In this document: positions 1 to 10,796 of the stretch, piece after piece
How positions within the stretch are numbered: position 1 is the stretch's first letter
Layout of the letters: every line of letters begins with the position of its first letter
Assembly: GCA_043228905.1 (NCBI GenBank)
Contig: JBHGNT010000006.1
Location: 1,860,001-1,924,000 of the forward strand
DNA length: 64,000 bases
Source: Azolla caroliniana
Lineage: Eukaryota; Plantae; Polypodiophyta
Direction: 5' to 3'
The notes under the pieces: generated by a model
Told to the model about the DNA's origin: nothing
Database searches by the model: none
The model's input: the letters and a program-made list of their open reading frames with translations, nothing else
Made by a program: the position numbers and the translations under genes

Positions 1-457
1 TGGTTGCCCAAAAGCTTGTTAGTTTAGGTTTGCGGAAACCTAGTCACATGGATGGAGGAATCCCCTAAGAACAAAACACCACTCTTTTAAGTACCAGAGA
101 TCATATGTGTCGTGCCATTGGCCGGGAAGATAAAAACCTACTGGTACAAGTCTTCTCGAAGGTAAGTATAAACAGAAGCGGAAGCTCGTGGATTGGCCTG
201 ACCCATCACTAAAAATCCACATTTGTCGAGACTTTATCTAGGTCTAGCCAAGGAAAAGAAGGGTGGTATTGTCTTAGGCATATGAAATGTTGCGACACAA
301 TATGATCAATGAATGTTTGTTTCCGTGAGAGCGAAGAGAGCAGCCTCCACACCAAAGACTAGATGGATCGGAGCCCAAGTTGCGATCCAATTCTATCTGT
401 TTGTCTGTGTGTGCTCTGATGAAATTGCAGAATTCTACTGATAAATGTGTTTCGAAT

Positions 458-840
458 TCTAACACCAGAAGAAAAAGGCAGAATATGGTGCAACCAACTC
501 GTCAGGCTCTGATGGAGAAACAGCGGAGGGTGTAGGATCAGAAGGTGAAGTCGATGGATCTAATGAGGTTTCTGTTGACAATAAAGGCTCCACCAAACCT
601 GTTCTTACAGATGAAGAAAAGTTTGCCAAGTTTAATGAGGAAAGAGAGGAAATGTGTAAGGCAGCCAAAGAACAGGCTTCCAGAATCGTTGAGTACGAGT
701 CAGCAATGCGAAGCCCTTACATCCATGTAAAACCTCTTGATGATGCCCAACTGGCAAACTGGCATAACTATCTGGACTTTATTGAGAAGGGAGGAGATTT
801 TTCTAAGGTGACTTTTTTCATTGAACACTTACCTGAGTGT
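458..840 (+). pseudogene. Duplicated PRP39 exon fragment plus start of the following intron
   Basis: Co-linear with 21051-21431 (about 20 substitutions and a 1-nt insertion at ~475 in ~350 exonic nt, hand count). Retains the AAG|GTGA donor at 807/808, so the copy was made at DNA level. Confidence 0.95.
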
Positions 841-860
841 CAAGCCTATTGAAATAATCA

Positions 861-2753
861 ATGGGTGCATCAAGCCTATTGTTAGGTACTCCCCTGTGCC
901 TACAAAATCAATCACATGAAAGGGGCTATGTGAACACATCATTCTCAGCAAACCTAGATACGTTGAATCTGGATACAATAAAAATCACTACTTGGGAATC
1001 ACTCTCTACTGAAGAGGTGATCAATTTCTTGGAAAAGAAGCATGTGGAACTACCCTCCATTAATGCCCTTTCAAAGATCTTGTATAAATGCAGAAAGGAA
1101 AAGGATATAGGTTATGCAAGGAGAGCGCACAATTATGTTCGGGAAAATGGTCTCGAATGTCATAAATTTCTTGGGAATTACCTCATCCCAATGTTTGTTG
1201 ATTGTGGGAGTTTAGGTGATGCTCAAGATGTGTTTGATCGATTGGTCTATCGGAACGAGTATGCTTGGTCTTCTCTTATCCATGGATATATTACATCTGG
1301 AGACGCCCAACGGGTACTTAACTTGTATGAACAAATGCAAAAAAATGGTGTCTATCCTAGTGCCTACACATTTTTAAGCTTGTTAAAGGCATGTATTAGA
1401 GTAAAGAGTGTGGAAAAAGGTTGGGAATTGCATAGTCAGATTGTTAACTCGGGATATGAAAGGAACCAACTTGTGGGTAATACTTTGGTGGATATGTATG
1501 CGAAATTTGGATCACTCCTGGAGGCTCAATGTGTGCTTATGAGGATCCCGACTCGAGATGTAGTATCCTGGACAGCATTGATAGGTGGCTATGCTGAACA
1601 TGGTCTCGATGAAGAAGTATTAATTTGTTTAGAGCAAATGAAGCTCGAGAATGTATCGCCAGATGCAGCTTTATACGTATGTAGCTTGAAGTCTTTTAGC
1701 AATGCTGGATCTGTAGCCAGAGGTAGGTATATACACTATGAGGTCATAAAAGTGGGATATGAAAATGACCTCCTGATTCAAAACATTCTGGTGGATATGT
1801 ATGCTAAATGTGGCTCATTGATAGATGCATGGGAAGTTTTTCAAAAAATGCCTTCAAGAAGTGTCATCTCATGGACTACTCTCATTGCTGGTCATGCTCG
1901 ATGTGGTGAATGTGAAATGGTCTTTCAGCTGTTCGAAGAAATGGTGGACGATGGCGTTCGTCCTAATGATACCACTTTCCTCATTCTTCTGTCAGTGTGT
2001 AGCCATGTGGGTCTAGTCGAGAAGGGATCAATGTACTTCAATGAAATGGAGAGAGAATATGGTATCAAACCGAGTTTAAAACATTATAATTGTATGCTTG
2101 ACCTTCTCAGTAGAGCTGGCCAACTCAATGAGGCAATGATGATGGTAGAAAACTTGCCTTTGTCGCCTAATCTTGTGACATGGAAAACAATCTTGAGTGC
2201 ATGTAAGAAGTGGGGCAATGTCGGGATTGCCAGAAAGACCTTTGAATGGGCTGTGAAGATGAATGAAAAGCATTCCTCGATTTTTATGCTGATGTCCAAC
2301 ATCTATACTGATGCTAATATGTGGGAAGACTTGAAGAAGGTCAAGGAGCTACAAGCTCATTTGGGTGTTGGTGAGAATATCGAGAAAAGCTGGATTGAGG
2401 AAGGAAACATAGTGCATAGGTTTGTGGAAGGAGACATTATGTATAATTGGGACGACAAGATTTGGTGGAAACTGAATCAACTTCAGTATAGTGTAAAGCA
2501 GAGGCAAGCAATGGATTCATTAAATAACGAAGATAGCCATTTGAGTCATTGTGAGGAGATTGCTATCACATTTGGTCTACTCAATTTCTCTGAGAAAACG
2601 CCTTTACGTGTTGTGAAAAATCTCTGGCTTCATGAGAAGTGCCATGCCTTTATGGCACTTACATCTGAGGTTGAGCATAGAACTATAATTTGCAGAGATA
2701 TCTTCAAATTTCACGTGTTCAGGGATGGGAAATGCTCTTGTGGTGCTCGATAG
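861..2753 (+). CDS. PLS-class PPR protein with E1/E2 and variant (WW-type) DYW domain
   Basis: 630-aa ORF with about 11 L/S/P motifs (VVSWTALIGGYAEHG, LVDMYAKCGS), E motifs, then KSWIEE..VHRF, KIWWKL, HCEE, KNLWLHEKCH and CSCGAR end. Confidence 0.93.
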   Translation: MGASSLLLGTPLCLQNQSHERGYVNTSFSANLDTLNLDTIKITTWESLSTEEVINFLEKKHVELPSINALSKILYKCRKEKDIGYARRAHNYVRENGLECHKFLGNYLIPMFVDCGSLGDAQDVFDRLVYRNEYAWSSLIHGYITSGDAQRVLNLYEQMQKNGVYPSAYTFLSLLKACIRVKSVEKGWELHSQIVNSGYERNQLVGNTLVDMYAKFGSLLEAQCVLMRIPTRDVVSWTALIGGYAEHGLDEEVLICLEQMKLENVSPDAALYVCSLKSFSNAGSVARGRYIHYEVIKVGYENDLLIQNILVDMYAKCGSLIDAWEVFQKMPSRSVISWTTLIAGHARCGECEMVFQLFEEMVDDGVRPNDTTFLILLSVCSHVGLVEKGSMYFNEMEREYGIKPSLKHYNCMLDLLSRAGQLNEAMMMVENLPLSPNLVTWKTILSACKKWGNVGIARKTFEWAVKMNEKHSSIFMLMSNIYTDANMWEDLKKVKELQAHLGVGENIEKSWIEEGNIVHRFVEGDIMYNWDDKIWWKLNQLQYSVKQRQAMDSLNNEDSHLSHCEEIAITFGLLNFSEKTPLRVVKNLWLHEKCHAFMALTSEVEHRTIICRDIFKFHVFRDGKCSCGAR

Positions 2754-5700
2754 AGAGAGAGAAGTGGGGAAGTATTTGACATGGACTAAAACAATCACTA
2801 GTAATATTATGTTTTATTGAACATCTATCATGTAGTCTTGTTCACAAAAATGATACAAAATATTTCCTTTGGGGTTGTTTCTGAATTTATGGCAATATTT
2901 GATCCCTCATCCCCTTCTCACTTCCTTGTCATTGGAAGCATTAACTGCTCAAAATCTTGCTTGCAATGGAAAGCATTCGTGGTGTATCGATGCACAATTA
3001 CATTCCTGTGATAAAGTGGCCTTTGAAATAGGGCCATGTGGGAGAACTTGAAGAAAGAATGGACTGTTGTGTGTCGTCGAGTATATAATTTTATTAATGG
3101 AACTATAATCGTGGAAGGAGTCAGCAGGATGGATTACCCATTTGCAACTTAAAACCATGATGATTCTTGAAGTCCTTTACGGAGAGCCCGTGCCCTGTGC
3201 ATTTTGTGGCAAACTTACACGGAACTTCAGTTGTCCAGCATAATGCTGCATGATAAAAGAGCTCTTAGAGTTAAAGAAAGTTTCACTCTTTGGTAGTACT
3301 CCCGTATTACGATCTTATGTCATAAGACTACAATAATACATCCAATTTCTATCTTTCATTTATTTATTGAGACTGCGTAATGTAATTACACATAATAACA
3401 AGAACATTTACAATAGTTAAAGAGATTCACTAATTTTTGGATTATTTAATGCAGCTTTTCTCATACTTCTCCACATTTGACTTTTACATGTTACTAAAGT
3501 GCAAATCAAATTTATGTTTTCTCCTACTTGTTTTGCGTATATTTATTTTCTATCTAATATAAAATATCATAATATAATAGCATGAGACTAACTTTGGTTG
3601 TACTCTTTGGATTATATCTGCCTTTTGTGGCTTTTGACACCGGTCCCAAAAAAATATTTTGTTTGTCAATAAATTTGGGGCAGTTGAGTGATATGAACCC
3701 ATGTATAGTTTCAAGAGCCACTAACAAGGTTATGGCGTTTTGACAACATTTTCATGCCAACACTTCAAGAGTAATACGATGGATGAGATGACATAGAATA
3801 GTTGGTATCATGAATGATATTGTTCTTGTATGATCTAGTGAAACCAAAGGAACAAGCCCTAAACGGCAAGGAAGGACCACTTTTCTAGCATAGTGTGAAA
3901 ACAAGGAAATGGGATGGAAAGGGATGCATGGGAGTGAGTGCATGCACTTATGAAGGGAAGTGGTGGAAGTGGATCAGAAGATTCTCCACATGCCAACAAG
4001 GGTCTTAGCTTTCAAGAGAAGGCATATAAACATGTAATGGCAAAGGCTTCCTCATCATCACAATAGTATGGGAGGACATTGCTCGAAGATTCTATAAAAG
4101 AACGGAGGCAAGCAAAACAAGAGTAAGAAAGAAAGACTGATATCTAAAATATATTAGAGGTTGAAATCCACCTATGAGACAAATTATTAGTATAAATTTG
4201 GGTGAATTTAAGTTGTACACATTGAAACAAAAATAAAGGCTCTAGGTTTCCTATATATCCATGATAAAAAAGCAAGTTGTAATGGTTCTTGAGATGATTT
4301 TACAAGAATGAAGTGTATAACTACTATTTATTAGATAAGAATGGTAAGGGGTTATAGAATCTAGTGTTGGTTGGTACAATGGAGTGAGACAAGCAAAGTT
4401 CACCAAGTGCATACGAGTGTCCTTGGGTAGATCAAACATGGTCGGCAATTATTCCCGTGATCTAGTTTTGGCATGACATATGTGGCTTGTATCTTAGAAC
4501 TTATGGTTTCCATTGTTGGCAGTGTTCACTTACTTGCTCAATGGAACTCATTGGCACGTTGTCAATGAAGTCATGGGCCTATTCCCTATGCTTTTGAAGC
4601 TCAGACAAGTCTTGGCCAAAGTGGTGTAGGACAACCTTCTCCTTCATCAGTTGATTGATAAGTTGGGCACGTGGAGCCGAAGTGTTCTTAGCTTTTGGGC
4701 TTTCCTTCAAATGACTTGCAAAGTTTGTTTGACCAAGGTATATGAAGTTGTTGTCCTTTCGATCTATGTAAATGAGTACTATGTAGAATGGGGCATGTAA
4801 ATGTCCATGTACCTTAGTCTCTCCGTAAATCCATCCTTTGAGAAACTGATGCAATGACTTTTGTAGTAGATTGTCTTAGTGGGAAGAGAATCCTTTCTTT
4901 TGGGGGAAGAATTTCCATAGGTATTGTCACAATCTTTTGTTTTGTTCATCGTTTTAGAGAGGTGTAGGGTATTGGAAGGGTTAGAAATTCTCAATGTCAA
5001 GCTCATTGTTGTTGAGCCCCGTCATGAACTATGAGTATCACAATCATTCTTCATGGTTTGTTGTCGCCAAAAGTCACTTTCTCCTTCAATGCTCCATACG
5101 CCGTCATGTCATTCTTTGATGTGGGATGATTCAAAAACCAGTTGATGAGGTTCACTATATCGATAATTGAATAATGTAATGGGTGAAACCAATGGTCCCA
5201 CCATATTGATGTAGAAGAGGAGGACAAAAGGCATCCTTGCCTTAAACTTAATATGACAGCACCCCCTAAATCATCCATGTCGAATGCATCAAATGTCCTT
5301 CTCAACTTTGCATGGGGTAGTAGGGGAGACTCTAATGATTGAAGTATGGTGTTTGGTGAGGGACGTTATTCAAGCTTTTTGCATAAGAATCCCATAGTTG
5401 TGGATCCAATGCCCGGGTTGGTATTTAAGGTATTGTAATACATCTCCAAGCAATGGTCAAGGCTTTGCTCCTGAAGAGATAGTATAAATCCCAATATGTT
5501 GCTCTCATATGCACACCCTTACATGGGAGTAACATATTCAAAGCTCAAACATCCATAATGATAGCCAAAGTGTGATTAGATTAGCCAATAATTTGGTCTT
5601 TCACACAAAAACAATCATAAATAAGTCACTTAATCCATGATTGTGTAAAGAAATATTATCACTTTGCTAAAAATGTGCACATTGGAAATCACTAACAAAA

Positions 5701-5899
5701 CTCTACCAGTAACCCTCTTTTGCAACTATTGCAAATTGTTGCAAATAATAAATCTCATTATGTGGCGTGCCCATAAGATGGGAGATGCTTCAAATATAAC
5801 ATGGTATGTACACTAGCAAATGGAACCAATTTGTTGATGGATACATACCATTAACTAGTTAACTCTTGGTTGTGTGTTGGGTTGTGGTCGGAGATTGTT

Positions 5900-6900
5900 G
5901 TTACTAGTACACACTTAATGAAAGCCACATAGGCCAAACTAGTGTGAAAGGAAAGCATGTTGAAGCTCCCTCTTGAGACTTGGGGTTTGGAAATTGGATT
6001 TCCAACAAAAGGGGCAATTCTCACATGTGAGGGTGGTTAATGGGTTTGTAAGAATCAAATAGGCTTGAATAAACCCATAATAGAAGTTTGCAAAAACCAA
6101 AGAAGGATTGTCAATGGGCTTGGATAAACCCAAAATAGGAAGTTTGCAAAACCTAAGAATGATTGAACTTCCTTGACAAGAGTTGGAGGATCCCAAGCTT
6201 GGATCATATTGAGCATCTTCCACAATGATGCCTTCAAGAGAGACTACATAAAAGGAATTTTAAACTCACCTCTAATTTGGCATAGACATTCGCAGAGTTT
6301 AGTTATAGTGAGGCTAACATGTTCGTTGTGATCCTCTCGAGTCTCCAAAAAGATCAAGATGTTGTCTAGATACACCACGATGAATTGATCCATGTACTCT
6401 TGAAAAATATATTTCATCATATGCGAGAAGAGAATTAAGCCACCGGTGAGAGTTAATGGCATAACCATATACTCAATATGTCCATATTGTGTGCAAAAGG
6501 CAATTTTCCACTCATCTAAGACCTCACAAAATATTTATTCCATTTTTTTACGAACAAGATGGCGAATGAGGGACTTGGAGTGGCAGATGAAACATTTCAT
6601 GAGATTTTCATCATGTACATCTAAATAGTCTTGAGCTCAACCCTTGAGAGTCCATCGATTGATCCAAAGAGTAGAGAAGTGCCTTTCTAGAGGTGGATGA
6701 GGAAATTTAAAGCCAATATTCTCACTTACAATCCACATTCTTCTTTTGAACACATTGACAAAATCCTTGTATTTCTGTTGTGAGGGGTTCCTACATATGA
6801 TAAAGACTAGTGTGAGATTACACCATGGCACCTTTTAGCACTACCTCTTGGAGAGGCAATTTATTGTGCTTGAAAGCCTTTGTTAAAAAGTAAGATGTAA
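5900..6900 (-). mobile_element. Degraded Ty3/gypsy LTR retrotransposon pol fragment
   Basis: Frameshifted RT pieces: KYKDFVNVF (6637-6831), IFQEYMDQFIVVYLDNILIF (YLDD motif, 6244-6468), KEVQSFLGFANF (6055-6237). Ends approximate; no LTRs identified. Confidence 0.85.
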
Positions 6901-7014
6901 AAAACTTATAGCTCATGAGACGAGAAAAACTAAATGTGTTTCACATTGGATGCTATTGTAGATTAAATCCCTCTTTGTGAATAATTATAGGTCCTATCCA
7001 TAGTTATCTAACTT

Positions 7015-9032
7015 ATTATCCATAGTCTCTGGGTGCGTTGGATACCCAGGTGGCCTCTCTGATTGCTTCACCAACACCATTGGCGTAAAACAAGGTTGAT
7101 CCCTATCACTGACTCTTTTGGGGATCTACATTAATGAGATAACTGATTTTATTGCTCATAAGGGAGGCAACGGAGTAGCCATTGGGGGCATGCAAGTAGT
7201 CTCTTACTCTATGTTGACAACATCATTTTGCTCTTGGAGTCTGAACACGACCTACAAAAGCACCTTAATGCCCTAGATGACTTTTGCACACAATGAGGAT
7301 TGGTAGTGAATCTAACGAAAACTAAAGCCCTTATCTTTCACACATCGTCTCGAGTTAGGAGTAAGTGTCACCTACTCTCTCATAAACCAGTTGAGGTAGT
7401 TGGATCATATGTATATCTGGGAGTCCCTTTTAGTGCTCATTCAAGTAAATTCTTGATGATCTAGGGAGCCAAAGATAGGCTAACGAGAGGGTATGCATCC
7501 CTATCACTCTTAGAGAGACAATGCCACCAAGCAGACTTTCAAGAGCCATGGACTAAGGGATGGCTCTTCGACTCATTCGTGACCCCTTCACTCATGTATG
7601 CATCAGTAGTATGGGCTCTAGGTCTACCGTCTTTCATGTGGATGCAATTAGAGAGACCTTTGGTGATGATGTTATCACGTCAACTCCGAAGCAACTCAAC
7701 AATACCACATGACATTATTAGAGCAGAGTTTAGTCTACCCCCAATGTTAGTAGAAGCACTCTTCCAATTGGTAGTTTCTATTGCTAGGATAAATAGCCAA
7801 CCACAAGATAGGATATCCCATCAAGCTTTTGAGGCATCCCGATCCCTATATGAGTCCAGAGAGAGTAGCTTTTGGTATAGCATTGTAGTGCGTTGGTTAC
7901 TTGCAAATGGCATAGACATTAATAACCTACCTCCCCTTAAGTACAACCATGGGACAGATCAAACTTTAATCTCTCATGAGGACTATAATAAAGTAATACA
8001 CCAAGAAATATGTCAAATTTATACACGGTATAAATGGATCATCCCACGAAAGTCACTCCCATCTAAAATGTTGTACTATAAGGAACACTTCATGCACTTC
8101 TCTAAGCTAGGTTTTATTACACAACCAAAATATCTAGATACATTCTTGACAAATGCACTAAGGCCATTGGACAACTTAGGATATCATCTAACCAACTTGA
8201 GAATGGTCGTACCAATGGAGTCCCTAGAGAGGAAAGGCTATGTAGGTTATGTCACATAGAGATAGAGGATGAGTATCACTTTACATGCAAGTGTCCAACT
8301 TATGTCGAGATAACGGTGAAATACCAAGACATACTAGGACCCTCTCCCACCCTCTCCAAACTATGATGCAAAAAATAAGATTTCCAACGGCTTTTGCTAC
8401 TCCAACTTTCCCACCCACAAAGACTTTGGATTAGATACCCCGGATATAAAGAGACTAGGTAGGTATATCTTAGAGCTAAAACAACATAGGGAGGAAAAAC
8501 TACAAATTGTTAACCATAATCATTTTAATATTCACCAACATGTAACTAATACAATTTTTCAGGAACAAGGGGAGACGATGAATGTGGACACACCTACACC
8601 ACTCGGCCTCTCTGTTGAGGAAGCAGAAATGCAAAGAACAACCAAACACCCTCGGATGTCGAGCTTCAAAGCAACTCAACGTGGAGTAGAAACAATTAAG
8701 AAGATAAGGGAACGTGAGCTACACCGTCTAGCAGCTATGGTTGCGATATCTTTTACATTGGAACCATGGGCCACCTCCACATCGAAACCCTTTGACATCC
8801 CGGTTCTTTTCGAGAGACTTGGATGGAAATGAAACTAGGCCTAGTATAAAGTCATTTCCTTATAGAACATGGGTTTTTTTTTTGCTAGAACTCCTTTAAC
8901 TTACGTTCGATTTTATTTTATTTTTATTTTTACTTTCGATGAATGGGTAAATACCCCATTTTTATCGTAAACCAATTGTTTCATGGGCCAATTTTGGTTT
9001 TAGAAGATGTTAATATATCTTTCTTTCTTTCT
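7015..9032 (+). mobile_element. 5'-truncated degraded LINE (RT, C-terminal CCHC finger, 3' tail)
   Basis: GVKQG*SLS at ~7082, LLYVDNIILL at ~7203, YVYLGVPF at ~7408, CRLCH..EDEYHFTCKC at ~8240-8295; ends in a hairpin and (CTTT)n tail at 8977-9032. Confidence 0.88.
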
Positions 9033-9178
9033 CACCAATGGTAAGCCAAGTTTTTTTTTCTACTGATACATACACATGGGTTCAAATCTCACTAAATGCA
9101 TAAATTTACTAGATGCCACCGTGGTTTTCTCTCAAGCACACACTTTCTGTGCAAGGATGATAATAAAATATGCCCAGA

Positions 9179-9248
9179 TGGATGTAGCTCAGTTGGTAAG
9201 GTTGCTTAATGGAGACCATGTGGTCATGGGTTCAACCCTTACATTCCA
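9179..9248 (+). mobile_element. tRNA-derived SINE-like head or pseudo-tRNA
   Basis: A box TAGCTCAGTTGG, B box GGTTCAACCC, ends GGATGT..ACATTCC pair imperfectly; anticodon arm does not fold. Confidence 0.6.
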
Positions 9249-9939
9249 TAGTGTCATCTAGTGAATTAAGTATGTACGAAGTATATATGTAATAGAGAGG
9301 TGAGAAAATTGGGATTTGAACCCATGACGTAACAACTTACCACTAGGGTAAGCTAATAATAATAATAATAAATAAATAAATGCCATTCTCACCCTCCCTA
9401 CTACATGCTACACCTTTGTAACGAATCTGATACTATTGGTGGGTATTCCTGTTGTGAAAACAAAGCACATAGCATCCTCCCTCCCGAGTCCCGATACAAG
9501 GATCTAAGCTATGTATATTTTAAGTTTTCAACTAATGGAGTATATTCTTTTTTGGTAAAAAAAACGCACATAGTATCCTCTAATAGCATTTATGGATATT
9601 CGGTCTCAGATGTATTCTTGATCATTTGTATGCAATTTTATTTTATTTTATTCCAAAAAATATCATTTATATGCTTTGCTTATGTTGTTGTCGTGTGCTA
9701 CAAGCATTCTCATGAAAAATACCTTATCTTTATCCTGAAAAAGGGAAGGCTAAATCAAGCGACATCTTACTAAAAATGGCGGAGGGAAAAAGGAGGTATG
9801 GAACCCTTAGAAATAGCCCCACAGATTGACATACACATATGTATTACTCATAATAATACATATTATGAACGGGAGATGGAGGACATATCCAAACTAAATC
9901 TGGGGACATATCTAAATCTAGGGCGAGAATGTTGTTTTA

Positions 9940-10515
9940 TGAATATATTTGTATTTGTATTTGGATGTACATATATGCATACATACATATTATATGTGTA
10001 TGTATTTGTTCCAAATACACATACAAATAAAATACATGCACACAAATACAAATAGCATATCCACACACAAATACATTATCACTACATGTTTCACACACAT
10101 TGCACACAACTACAAATAACACACATACATACATACATGCATGCATGCATACATACATACAAACATACATACATACATACATACACGCAACTACCCACGA
10201 ATATGATCCACACATACACACTAATAAATACAAAGTGTGAGTATATACACTTTATCACTATTTCTTCTTCTTTTCCCAAAATACAATTTACCTTACATAC
10301 ACATCCATACTTGCACACAAACGCTATGTGCCTCAAGTGTATGTAACAAGAATGATGGACACATGATACGACATACACACATACAATACATACATACATA
10401 TATGATATGATGAGTATTTCACATGTATCCTCATGCCACACATACATGCAATGATAGGTATACAATCATACTCACATGTACCACACACAAGAGATACAAT
10501 CATACAAGATATATG

Positions 10516-10546
<31 letters not shown>

Positions 10547-10650
10547 GCATACGCATACGCATACACATACATAATTATACGTTTTACCACACATACTAGA
10601 CATACATCTAGCCATGATACATGTATAGCATACGTGCCTACATACGTCTA
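9940..10650. repeat. CA/CATA-rich low-complexity region with (CATA)n and (CCCATA)n/(CGCATA)n arrays upstream of APX
   Basis: Visible microsatellites, e.g. 10120-10185 and 10516-10563. Confidence 0.9.
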
Positions 10651-10796
10651 TGCCGTATATACGGAGAGGATGAGTACAAAAATGGCTATCCTGTTTTCCT
10701 TCTTCTGGGCCTCGTTTTTTCTTCCTTTTCCTTCTTCTATTCGCCATCGCCAGCTGAAGAAGAAACAATAGAAACAGAGAAAGGAAAGAAGACGCC

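Noticed and set aside
652-2753. In-frame PRP39-PPR fusion protein
   Set aside because: The phase-0 donor at 807 does not join in frame with plausible acceptors at 885, 948 or 957; only a weak GAG at 1016 fits.
3750-5500. Possible further transposon remnants
   Set aside because: Looks like decayed coding sequence but I could not recognise a diagnostic motif.
9179-9248. Functional tRNA gene
   Set aside because: The anticodon and acceptor stems do not pair properly; treated as SINE-like or pseudo.
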